DNA of 64,000 nt. Source: a virus. Under the pieces are notes generated by a model, which had not been told where the DNA came from, ran no database searches, and saw only the letters and a list, made by a program, of their open reading frames with translations. Made by a program: the position numbers and the translations under genes. The stretch is taken from IMG/VR virus record IMGVR_UViG_3300039412_000320; one strand, written 5' to 3'. This document shows, piece by piece, positions 20,957 through 29,760 of this stretch (positions are counted from its first letter, which is position 1; every line of letters begins with the position of its first letter).

Positions 20957-21511
20957 ATGGCGAGTGTACCTTATAACTACATCAACCAGCCTATAGTATC
21001 AACGGCTCTCATACAAGCATCAAACTCAGATTCCTTTTATTTCCCGGAAATCAATAATCACTCAGGATTTGCTTTCAATGGAGCATACTACCAAAATGGA
21101 ATTGAGGTAACCTCACCTCCCACAGTTGCCTCTTGGTACTCTGAGGGTTCAGACCCCTACCGGGGCGTAATGGGAGCCTTTCCGGCCTACGGTCTAGTCC
21201 TTCTCGGAAGAGCCAACCTGACAATTCTTGATGAGAGCAGCCCGGCGTTGGCCCTGTGGATGACGTTTCTTCTGGGGGATAACCTACTTCTTACCAACAA
21301 CTTCGCACTAAATAACCCCAACTTTCCCTCGTCTTTGATAGGGTACACCCCCTCCAAGCTGGCTTATGCCAATGGAATCATCTCGGTGACGTATGTGCCG
21401 GATGCGGGGGCGGAGGATATTGGGCTTTCACCCCCCATGGGTTCCGCCAGTCACATGGTAGTACATATAGATTTCAGTTCTGACTCTGCCTTTCTGGATG
21501 TTGCAGTGTAA
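20957..21511 (+). CDS. Hypothetical protein
   Basis: 184-aa plus-strand ORF sandwiched between two minus-strand HNH genes. No motif recognised. Confidence 0.4.
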   Translation: MASVPYNYINQPIVSTALIQASNSDSFYFPEINNHSGFAFNGAYYQNGIEVTSPPTVASWYSEGSDPYRGVMGAFPAYGLVLLGRANLTILDESSPALALWMTFLLGDNLLLTNNFALNNPNFPSSLIGYTPSKLAYANGIISVTYVPDAGAEDIGLSPPMGSASHMVVHIDFSSDSAFLDVAV

Positions 21512-22202
21512 TTTTTCTGGCATGAGCCACAAACTCTTCCTTTGAAAGGTCCTTTTTCATCCAATTACATGTACCACACGAGGCCACACAGTTAATGCTA
21601 GTGTATCCAACCCTGTTATCTAGTCTATCTATACCATTATAAACAAAGGTAGAATAATCAAATGTACGTTTTAATACAAAGGTGTTACTTGGAGGCTCTC
21701 CACACCAAAAACACTTTGCTTTAAGCAGAGATACAACATCTTCTCTTTTCAGATTCCAAGTTATTTGGCGCACACTCGCACCACGTTTATATTGAGAGAT
21801 AATTTGGTTGGTGGCGGCATCTTCTACGGAAAGCCGTACCTGTGCTCTTCGTGAGCATTTTTTGCAATTTCTCATTCCTCCTGATGTAATCCTACTCCCC
21901 GATACCACCAAACAGACCCCGCAATCGCATCGAACACTCCATGTATAGTTTCCGCTTTCGTTTATACCCGCCTTTCCTATAACAGTAAGCTTTCCAAATC
22001 TTTGATTTGAAAGGTCAATATGACCCCTACACCCACAACTTTTAGTCTTTTTTCCAAGCAACTTTCCACTTGATATAGTTTTAATCGTACCACAGTCGCA
22101 CCGTACTTTCCATGCGGCATAAGCCCCCTGATACCCATCCCTAGAAATAACACTAAGCTTCCCAAAACGCTTTCCTGTCAAGTTAACGCAGCGTGGTCCC
22201 AT
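21474..22202 (-). CDS. His-Me finger (HNH-like) homing endonuclease, paralog family A
   Basis: LTGKRFGKLSVI...CDCG...KSCGC... and C-terminal YNGIDRLDNRVGYTSINCVASCGTCNWMKK. Confidence 0.7.
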   Translation of the reverse strand: MGPRCVNLTGKRFGKLSVISRDGYQGAYAAWKVRCDCGTIKTISSGKLLGKKTKSCGCRGHIDLSNQRFGKLTVIGKAGINESGNYTWSVRCDCGVCLVVSGSRITSGGMRNCKKCSRRAQVRLSVEDAATNQIISQYKRGASVRQITWNLKREDVVSLLKAKCFWCGEPPSNTFVLKRTFDYSTFVYNGIDRLDNRVGYTSINCVASCGTCNWMKKDLSKEEFVAHARKITLQHPERQSQN

Positions 22203-22316
22203 AAATACCCCTAATCATAAATCTGATAGTTTAGTAATGGTTAAAATTTTTGAAAGATATTGCTTATCTTAATTAAGATAATACAAACTACCCGTCGCTT
22301 TTATGGGGAGAAAATA

Positions 22317-22769
22317 ATGCAATACTCTAAAAAGGGAATACAACTTACAGAAAGTTTTGAGGGGTGCCGATTAACCGCTTACCAAGATACCGGGAAAGTT
22401 TGGACACTCGGTTACGGGCATACACACGGAGTTACATCCGGAATGACCTGCACACAGCAACAGGCGGAAATCTGGCTCCGTACCGATATGGCGGTAGCCG
22501 AGACGGGTGTACAAGCCTTGGTTAAAATCCCCCTGACGCAGGGTGAGTATGATGCTCTGGTGGATTTTGCCTTCAACTGCGGAGTGGGAAATCTCCGGGT
22601 ATCAACCCTGCTAAAGTTGGTCAACACGGGAGACTTCACCCATGCCGCTGCGGAGTTCGAGAAGTGGGACCACGTCAACAGTCAGGTAATGGCCGGTTTG
22701 CTACGGCGGCGGTTAGCGGAGGAGGCAGAGTTCAAGACACCGGACACACCGGCACCGGTACAGGCATAA
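22317..22769 (+). CDS. Phage lysozyme (GH24, lambda R/T4 e-like endolysin)
   Basis: LTESFEGCRLTAYQDTGKVWTLGYGHT matches the GH24 catalytic-region pattern E.G..L.AY.D..G.WT.G.GHT. Start chosen at the ATG preceded by GGGGAGAAAATA; the ORF track opens earlier at 22260. Confidence 0.8.
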   Translation: MQYSKKGIQLTESFEGCRLTAYQDTGKVWTLGYGHTHGVTSGMTCTQQQAEIWLRTDMAVAETGVQALVKIPLTQGEYDALVDFAFNCGVGNLRVSTLLKLVNTGDFTHAAAEFEKWDHVNSQVMAGLLRRRLAEEAEFKTPDTPAPVQA

Positions 22770-22822
22770 TTAGCCCATCCCCGGACATCCCTGGTCTTTT
22801 GCTTTTTGGTCACTGCATCCCA

Positions 22823-23107
22823 TTAGTCACCCTCCGTAACGCTCCTTGGGGGCAAGGGCCGCTCTACTTCTTGTAGAGGCCAGAGCTTGTCCCCCTCCTT
22901 CGCTTCGACTGACAACGTGGCGTTCCCCGACTCGTTGACCCCCACTTTAGCTACTTGGTCATCGGGTATCAACCGGGCGGCTCCGATGGCCTTGTGGATA
23001 TAGAAGAGCGACTGCCCCTCCTCCGGGTCGATTCCTCGCCGAGCGTAGGATTCCACCACGAATGCTAGGTACTTGTGCAGGTCGTCCTGCAAGACTAGGA
23101 TTCTCAT
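22823..23107 (-). CDS. Hypothetical protein
   Basis: 94-aa ORF whose start overlaps the stop of the upstream HNH gene (ATGA). Confidence 0.4.
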   Translation of the reverse strand: MRILVLQDDLHKYLAFVVESYARRGIDPEEGQSLFYIHKAIGAARLIPDDQVAKVGVNESGNATLSVEAKEGDKLWPLQEVERPLPPRSVTEGD

Positions 23108-23667
23108 TTTTTCCCCTTAAGATTGTGAGCAACTCTCATTACCCAAAGAATAAAATCATCATATGACATACTAGATTTAGCTCGATTGCAAATTTTACAG
23201 CAAGAGACCACATTTTCAGGAATATACCCAATGGTGTTGTTTATGCGGTCAATTCCGTTATATGTAAACGACCTATCTCCCCCCTTTGAGAACTTCTTCA
23301 TGGATGGAGGTATACCACAATAACGACAATTACCGCTCATAAGACTATCAAACAAAACATCATCTATCCCATACTGCAAACCACGCCTCTTTGCCGCCGC
23401 TTTGTATCTAAGCAAAATCTGATTTCTAGCGGGGTTGCCCTGACATCGCTCACATCCCAATTTAGCTGTTACCTCCGATTGAAAGCAACCACAACTTTTA
23501 GTTCGCTGTAGGCGTAAGTTAGTTCCTGAAAATGAGCCTATTTTACCACAAGAGCATCTACAAACCCAAGCTGCTTGTTTGGTTTTTTTAAAGTTATCCC
23601 GATAAAGAACAAGCAGTCTGCCAAATGTTTGTCCGGTTAAATCCTTTAATGCCCAACCTGAACCCAC
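23104..23667 (-). CDS. His-Me finger (HNH-like) homing endonuclease, paralog family A
   Basis: LTGQTFGRLLVL...CSCGK...KSCGC and YNGIDRINNTIGYIPENVVSCCKICNRAK. Confidence 0.7.
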   Translation of the reverse strand: MGSGWALKDLTGQTFGRLLVLYRDNFKKTKQAAWVCRCSCGKIGSFSGTNLRLQRTKSCGCFQSEVTAKLGCERCQGNPARNQILLRYKAAAKRRGLQYGIDDVLFDSLMSGNCRYCGIPPSMKKFSKGGDRSFTYNGIDRINNTIGYIPENVVSCCKICNRAKSSMSYDDFILWVMRVAHNLKGKK

Positions 23668-23676
23668 ACGGTCTCC

Positions 23677-24195
23677 TTATCTTTTAATACTGTAAAAAAT
23701 GTTTCTTTTAGATTCGGTTAGGTCTTGATACCCCCGAATAAGTTGGGACGCACACGGTTTCCAATCCGGCTGACCCGCCTTACAATTCAAAGCGAGGTAA
23801 AGGTAGTCCGGTGTAACCTCTCCATAATAGAGGACCTCGATTTTGGCATCTGTCAATCCGTCAAAGCCGAGCCGGTTCGCAGCCGCCGTGGAAACATCAA
23901 TGATACGCTTGGGTATCCCCGGTCCACGGTCGTTAATCCTCACCTTAACCTGTTTGTTGTTGTGCAGGTTGGTTACGAGCACGATGCTCCCAAAAGGCAG
24001 GGTACGGTGTGCTGCGGTAAGTTTGTGATAGTCAAACATTTCCCCACTGGAAGTAAGTTTCCCTTGACGTTCTTTCCCATAGGAAGACGCCTGTCCGAGT
24101 GAATCCCATTTTATCTTGGCAGACTGTGGCATAGCTGGCAAGGCAATGCCCGAAAGCGTCAAGAGGACGAGTAGAAATAGAGTGATTCTGCTCAA
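23677..24195 (-). CDS. Secreted RlpA-like double-psi beta-barrel protein (putative peptidoglycan lytic transglycosylase)
   Basis: N-terminal signal peptide (MSRITLFLLVLLTLSGIALPA). The segment SSGEMFDYHKLTAAHRTLPFGSIVLVTNLHNNKQVKVRINDRGP matches the RlpA/DPBB signature TASGE.F....TAAH..LPFG..V.VTN..N...V.VRINDRGP. Confidence 0.7.
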   Translation of the reverse strand: MSRITLFLLVLLTLSGIALPAMPQSAKIKWDSLGQASSYGKERQGKLTSSGEMFDYHKLTAAHRTLPFGSIVLVTNLHNNKQVKVRINDRGPGIPKRIIDVSTAAANRLGFDGLTDAKIEVLYYGEVTPDYLYLALNCKAGQPDWKPCASQLIRGYQDLTESKRNIFYSIKR

Positions 24196-24340
24196 ATTTC
24201 CTCCTTTTTACTACGAAATTCCGCCTTTCTTACTCTCCTTTCCGTCCAGACGGGCTGACTAGAGTGCATACAGTTTTACATTCCATAGTTGGACAATACT
24301 GCATCTCGGGCAAAAAAGTTGAAACAATCAGACTATTTGT

Positions 24341-27300
24341 CTAAAATGAAAACGGGGGGCTAGCCGGGGGGTCGGAGAAGATTGCCCTTGTGGGGATATG
24401 GGGTTCATAAAGGAAAGTCTGACTGTCCAGCGCCCGTCCGGCAACGATTATCCACTTGCAGTCAGATAGTATAACATCATTAAAATCTTGAGATAGCACG
24501 CCTCCGGGTCTGGCGTAGAGAAGTCCTCCGGGAATGAAGTTTGCACCCGGGATTTGGAATGCCGAACCATAGCCCACAGCGATAGTCACCGTGTTACCGG
24601 TGGTGACATCAGCTAAAGTTACACCGTCGATATACGGGTACACATCGTAGAAGAACGGTGGGGACAGAGACGGCCCCGGCGTCACACCCGTGGGGTCAAC
24701 CGGTACGACTCCTCCCGAGCCGTCCACGTAGACCGCCGTCAACGCTGCCATGTCGGCATCCGCCGTCAATGTCTGAGTTCCTCCCGAGGTGGGCGAGGGT
24801 GGGGCAACCGGGGTATTGTCCGGTGTGTTCTGATAGATGACAGCACTAAACAGGCTGCCCGGTCCCACCTGTTGAGGAATAGACAACCCGTGGGTAGCAA
24901 CCACCGTCAAAATATCACCCACGCTAAAATTGAAAGTCCCACTGAACGGCAGAATGAATGGACCTGTCTGACTGGTGGGTGAAGATTCAGTAATAATGGC
25001 AACTGGTGTCGGAGGAGACCCAGAAGCATATTGGGCATAAACGGTGACCGTCCTGACCCCGGCGTCCCCCGCTTCCCAGTTAAGTTGTCCCGTGACGGCA
25101 TAAGCTCCCGGCGCTGTGATGGTGTAAACGGGTGGGCTGAGGGAGACGTACCCCGTCAGGTCGAAGTCCACTTGGTCAAACACCACTTCGGCCCCATAGA
25201 CTCCCGTGGGGACGAGCGTGTAAGCAGCGTTTGACTCCACCTGAAATCCAAAGTTCTGTGCTCCCTGAATCTGCTGTTGCACCGTGGTGATGGCATCGGA
25301 GAATGCCTGCTGGATATTTGCCTTGTATGCCATGAGGCTGGCGGCGGATTGATTACAGGAGAGCATCGCCATCTGTACGGGGATGGTCTGCCCCTGTATG
25401 TCGGGCCGGGACAGATAGGCAACCGGGTCCAACGTTGTACCGTACCAGCCGGTCTGATTGGGGTCTTGCAAAGCACTCTGAGAGTAGGTAACGATAGGGG
25501 CGGTCGGAATGGGGAGGAGTGGGAAGCCCGGAGACCATGTCCGGCTGCGGGTGCTGGCGTCGGTCAGCACGGTGTTGTAATCAGTTGGGTTACCCAGTGG
25601 GTCAATAGCGGAGTCTAAGCTGGCGACGTAGGCACACACAAACCCGATGATGTAGGGGTCCTGCACGAGGAGTGTCCGGAGGTTGGCATTAAAGTCCCGC
25701 CAGAACTGCGTGAAGCGGTCCACCTGCTTGGCAATAGCGAACTGGTCGTAGGTGTAGCGATACTGCGGGTGGACACTCTGGTATTTCGTGTCAAGCTGGA
25801 TACGAGTATCCGCTAACGAAATGACAGACAGGAGATTTTTACCGATTGAAGTAGGGAATGTACAGGAAACAGGGTAGTCAGCTTCCCCTTCTCCCAGTAA
25901 AATTGCGGTGGTTCCAGCAGCACTGGATGTGGGGATGGACTGATAATCCAAATCCGTTTGGGTGAAACTCCCAACGTAGTTATTATCCGCATACCCATCC
26001 CACGTAGTGTTTCTAACATATCCGAGCACGGCGGCTTCGACATAAGACAATCTCCAAAGGGTGTTACCCTGTGTCTCCGTGAGTACCGGGGGCGAGCCTG
26101 CGGGGTTCAAGAGAAGAATGAGGGGCAGGGCTGCCGGGCCGGAATTGAGCACATCTCCGGGCAATACTTGATTCCATGGAATGGGGTTGGCGGCAAGATA
26201 ATCCACGGACGGCTGAACAAAAGTTTGATACGCCGCCTCGAAGTTGGTCAACCACTGACCGGCACGCCCATTCCGAGTACTGCTAAGATAGAATACCCAT
26301 GCGCTGGTAAGATTGGGGTCAAAGTTGCTGTCCACCACATTCCCCAAAGTCACATAACGGGTGAGGTCCTGACGAAGGGTCGCTTGCCGCACGGGAAGGT
26401 TGGGGCTGCTGTAATCCGGGTCGGTCGGCTCGATAACATCACCCGCCAAGGCGGGCAAGGTGCTGACAATGTTTGCCGCATAGGTCGCCGGGGGCATCTG
26501 ATAGTCGCTGATGACCGTCGCCGGATTAGGTAAGCTGCCCTGCATTGATGATTGAGGATTGAAGTAATTAGGGTAGCTCTGGTCCGGGGTATAAATGGGA
26601 ACATTCGTCGTGTTCTTCATCTGCTGGATGAACACTGGGTCGGAGAGATTGACTCCCGTGTTGGGAATGGCACCACCGAGGGGTGGAACAAACAGTGGTG
26701 TACCAAATGTAACCCCGCTGTAGGTCTGATTAGTGGTGGGGAAATTCCGCAGGATGTTGACATTTGGAACGTGCAATTGGCATTGCCCAAAAGCAAAGTT
26801 GGTATCGAAATTCGGGTGCGGAATAAAGCTCGCCAAGGGGAAGAACTTAAACCCGTTCCACTTCCAAATGGTATCGGAGAACAGGTTGGGGATGGCGGGT
26901 AGGTCCGGTAATGCCCAGTTGCAAATATCGTGAAGCATGGAGGCTATGGCGTTGAGGTTTGCCTGTACCATCTGGAGGATGTTCTGCTCCATGCTACTGA
27001 GGATGCCGATGTTCTTGGTAGCGGCACTAACGAGGCCAATAATCTCACTCTGAAACTGATTGACTTGCTGCATGAAAGTGATGATGTCATAGCCATATTT
27101 TATCGCCCGAGGTGGGTTGTCCAGCTTACCATCCGTCGCCAACTTAACTTGGTTGAATGCTTGTTGAATGTGCTTTTGGATGATATCCCGTTTCTCCATC
27201 ATCCAGTTGTTGGCATCGGTGACAGACTTCTCCAACTGCCGCCCATCTTCAAGAGACTTGTGGTAGAAGTTCTCAATCTTCGGGTCACCGAAGGGTTTGA

Positions 27301-27376
27301 ACCTTTGTACCGCCCCTTGGGCCTTGATGGGCCACGTTTGGGCTTGTTGCAGCGTTGATGTGAAAGGTGCTCCCAT
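24341..27376 (-). CDS. Large baseplate/fibre structural protein
   Basis: 1011-aa ORF, operonic with the other structural genes. Confidence 0.6.
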   Translation of the reverse strand: MGAPFTSTLQQAQTWPIKAQGAVQRFKPFGDPKIENFYHKSLEDGRQLEKSVTDANNWMMEKRDIIQKHIQQAFNQVKLATDGKLDNPPRAIKYGYDIITFMQQVNQFQSEIIGLVSAATKNIGILSSMEQNILQMVQANLNAIASMLHDICNWALPDLPAIPNLFSDTIWKWNGFKFFPLASFIPHPNFDTNFAFGQCQLHVPNVNILRNFPTTNQTYSGVTFGTPLFVPPLGGAIPNTGVNLSDPVFIQQMKNTTNVPIYTPDQSYPNYFNPQSSMQGSLPNPATVISDYQMPPATYAANIVSTLPALAGDVIEPTDPDYSSPNLPVRQATLRQDLTRYVTLGNVVDSNFDPNLTSAWVFYLSSTRNGRAGQWLTNFEAAYQTFVQPSVDYLAANPIPWNQVLPGDVLNSGPAALPLILLLNPAGSPPVLTETQGNTLWRLSYVEAAVLGYVRNTTWDGYADNNYVGSFTQTDLDYQSIPTSSAAGTTAILLGEGEADYPVSCTFPTSIGKNLLSVISLADTRIQLDTKYQSVHPQYRYTYDQFAIAKQVDRFTQFWRDFNANLRTLLVQDPYIIGFVCAYVASLDSAIDPLGNPTDYNTVLTDASTRSRTWSPGFPLLPIPTAPIVTYSQSALQDPNQTGWYGTTLDPVAYLSRPDIQGQTIPVQMAMLSCNQSAASLMAYKANIQQAFSDAITTVQQQIQGAQNFGFQVESNAAYTLVPTGVYGAEVVFDQVDFDLTGYVSLSPPVYTITAPGAYAVTGQLNWEAGDAGVRTVTVYAQYASGSPPTPVAIITESSPTSQTGPFILPFSGTFNFSVGDILTVVATHGLSIPQQVGPGSLFSAVIYQNTPDNTPVAPPSPTSGGTQTLTADADMAALTAVYVDGSGGVVPVDPTGVTPGPSLSPPFFYDVYPYIDGVTLADVTTGNTVTIAVGYGSAFQIPGANFIPGGLLYARPGGVLSQDFNDVILSDCKWIIVAGRALDSQTFLYEPHIPTRAIFSDPPASPPFSF

Positions 27377-29760
27377 TATCCTGTTGACACCGTATCGTTG
27401 ACTCCCGAGATGTAGCTTCCCTGATTATGCACAATATCAGGAGCCTCGGTCGTGTGGCGGGCTAGTGCCGCCTCAATAATTCTTTGAGCAGTCTGAACAT
27501 GCTCAGTCATTGTCACGCCCCGGAACTGGGCGCACTCCAACGTGTAAGTACCGGTTACGTGTTGGTGCATGTTACCGTAAACCATCATATCCACGTCACC
27601 GTTGATTTCCAGCCTGAGTCCCTTCTTAGCGGAGCTTTGACCAATGGTGAGTTCCACCCCGCCTGCCAAGGCCCCGGTAAGTGACCTGCCTTGCTTATCC
27701 GCTCCAGTTGCTATGACGATTCCGCCATCCAAATCCAACAAGAGGGATTGCCCGGAGTTCTTGTTGGCACCAATGCGGAGGAGGACATCCCGGACAGCGT
27801 GGAGGTCCAAGGACTGTCCATGAGCGTCCATTCCATTGGGAACAGGGTTACCCAGCCAAGAGTTGTAGGGCACCATGGGCATACCGTTGTTGCCGGTCGG
27901 TGCTCCTGCGGTGGTCAAATCATGGAATTGGAAAGTCGCATCTCCGCTGGGCGTATACATAGGCCGTCCGGGGCTGTGCGAGTTAACAACCGTGGGGTCA
28001 AACTGCTTGCCGGGTCCATCCGAATACCCGTTAATGATGTGCTTCCGCTTTACTCCGTCGTTGTCCCGGCGTGCCCCCAGCCGGACCACCACCGCTCCGT
28101 CTGTAGCCATGCGCAGACTGATGGCTTCCGCCGCCAGTTTATTGGTCAGCGTACCGCAGTCACCGATGCCCTGCAATTTACGATGGGCAGCGTCCCAGTA
28201 CTGGAGGGTCCGATTCTGTACGGCGTCCTGACTGCCTCGTATCTGCGTCTGCACGCTTCTCCCGGAGTTGGGGAGCGTGGTATCGTCACATCCGAGTCGT
28301 AGGATAGATTGTCCGAGAGCTTGGAGGTCAATGGCGTCCTCTTCGTCACGGTTCTTTCCTACGACTAGCTTTAATGAGCCTACAAGGTGCCCCTCAACGC
28401 TCCGACCGGCCCCGTGAGGGTACTCGTAGCCATTGAGCGGTTGAAATTGATTATTCTCCTTGGGCAGAGAGCTTCCCACCTCGAAGATGAGCATCCCCTC
28501 CTTGGTTACATCCCAGCGGGTGGTGTTATACTCGGTGGGGAACCGGGTGGAATAACAACTGGCGGCGGCACGGGCCTCGATATGGTCGGTGCTGTCCACT
28601 ACGGGATTGTACCCGCTCTCAAAATTGGCTCCAAACCGTCCGCCGCCATTGGGAGCGGCATTGGTAGTTAGTTCTGAAAGAACCGGCTTGAGAACCTGAC
28701 CGTAGGTGCTGTCGTCAAACAGGTTGTATCCTACCAACGTCCCCTCGCTGTGTTCCACGATAAATCCTTTGCGGGCAGGTGTGGGACCTTCATTCAAGGT
28801 GGGACCAATCAACCCCTTGTTGGTGGAGTCAGTGGGGTGGTCGAAGTCCTGATTGGCAAAATAGGTCTCATTGTCAACTTGGAACTTTCCTTGTGTCTTG
28901 ACGGTGGTGCGTATCCACGGATTAGCCGTGGTGCCGAGGATGTTATCCAGAAGGTCAGTCTGCAACACTTCGGGGGGCAACGGATAATCAAGAGCAAATT
29001 CCTGCACACGGGTGGTATTTTCGGTGTAAGCGGTCACATCCTGCTGACCGCTGAGATAACGGGAGGACAGAGGAACTTCCGGCTGTAGAAAGAGGGAGTA
29101 GTCCCGAGTTCCGTCCGGTAGAATGGTGGGATTGGGGATATTGTTGGCAGCCGGGCGCACGGCAGGCCCCTCGAAGCTTAGCCCGGCATCGGAATAACGC
29201 ACATGACGAGAGGTGACGGTACTCCATGTTCGACTGTAGGGATTGACACTTTCCCGGTCGAATCCCCCGGTTGCCTTATCCCAGCCGGGGTTTATTCGTT
29301 CTGTATATCCTTGTGAAAAGGCCGCTGTTCTTTCTCCGGGATAAGCTTTACGGTAATTACCCCGTTTACGTTCATCTCGTCCAGCGACCCCCTCCACCTC
29401 TCGCATGGCAATAGCGTCCTTGGCCCGAGCGATATGAGACATCGCCCAAGTAAGGATTGCCATCTGAGTATGACCTCCCATATAGAAAAGTGGAACCGCC
29501 AGACAGGTTGCCCCCTTTTCGGGCATTTGCAAATCAGTGGATTCGTAGGAACTATAAGAACAGGGAATGACCGCTACCTCATTGTAAACCTGCTTGGTAC
29601 GAAAATCCTCAATGGTGCATATCTGCCGTTCATAATCCACGGTCTGAACTGTAGCGAGAAAGACCTGAAATTGCTCCGTCAATTTAGTGGGAGCACTCGG
29701 TGGGTCTTTGTACATGTGCGTATTACTGGTCGGGAGCGCCATGTTAACTATTACCTCCAT
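27376..29760 (-). CDS. Large baseplate structural protein
   Basis: 794-aa ORF in tight operonic arrangement. Confidence 0.6.
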   Translation of the reverse strand: MEVIVNMALPTSNTHMYKDPPSAPTKLTEQFQVFLATVQTVDYERQICTIEDFRTKQVYNEVAVIPCSYSSYESTDLQMPEKGATCLAVPLFYMGGHTQMAILTWAMSHIARAKDAIAMREVEGVAGRDERKRGNYRKAYPGERTAAFSQGYTERINPGWDKATGGFDRESVNPYSRTWSTVTSRHVRYSDAGLSFEGPAVRPAANNIPNPTILPDGTRDYSLFLQPEVPLSSRYLSGQQDVTAYTENTTRVQEFALDYPLPPEVLQTDLLDNILGTTANPWIRTTVKTQGKFQVDNETYFANQDFDHPTDSTNKGLIGPTLNEGPTPARKGFIVEHSEGTLVGYNLFDDSTYGQVLKPVLSELTTNAAPNGGGRFGANFESGYNPVVDSTDHIEARAAASCYSTRFPTEYNTTRWDVTKEGMLIFEVGSSLPKENNQFQPLNGYEYPHGAGRSVEGHLVGSLKLVVGKNRDEEDAIDLQALGQSILRLGCDDTTLPNSGRSVQTQIRGSQDAVQNRTLQYWDAAHRKLQGIGDCGTLTNKLAAEAISLRMATDGAVVVRLGARRDNDGVKRKHIINGYSDGPGKQFDPTVVNSHSPGRPMYTPSGDATFQFHDLTTAGAPTGNNGMPMVPYNSWLGNPVPNGMDAHGQSLDLHAVRDVLLRIGANKNSGQSLLLDLDGGIVIATGADKQGRSLTGALAGGVELTIGQSSAKKGLRLEINGDVDMMVYGNMHQHVTGTYTLECAQFRGVTMTEHVQTAQRIIEAALARHTTEAPDIVHNQGSYISGVNDTVSTG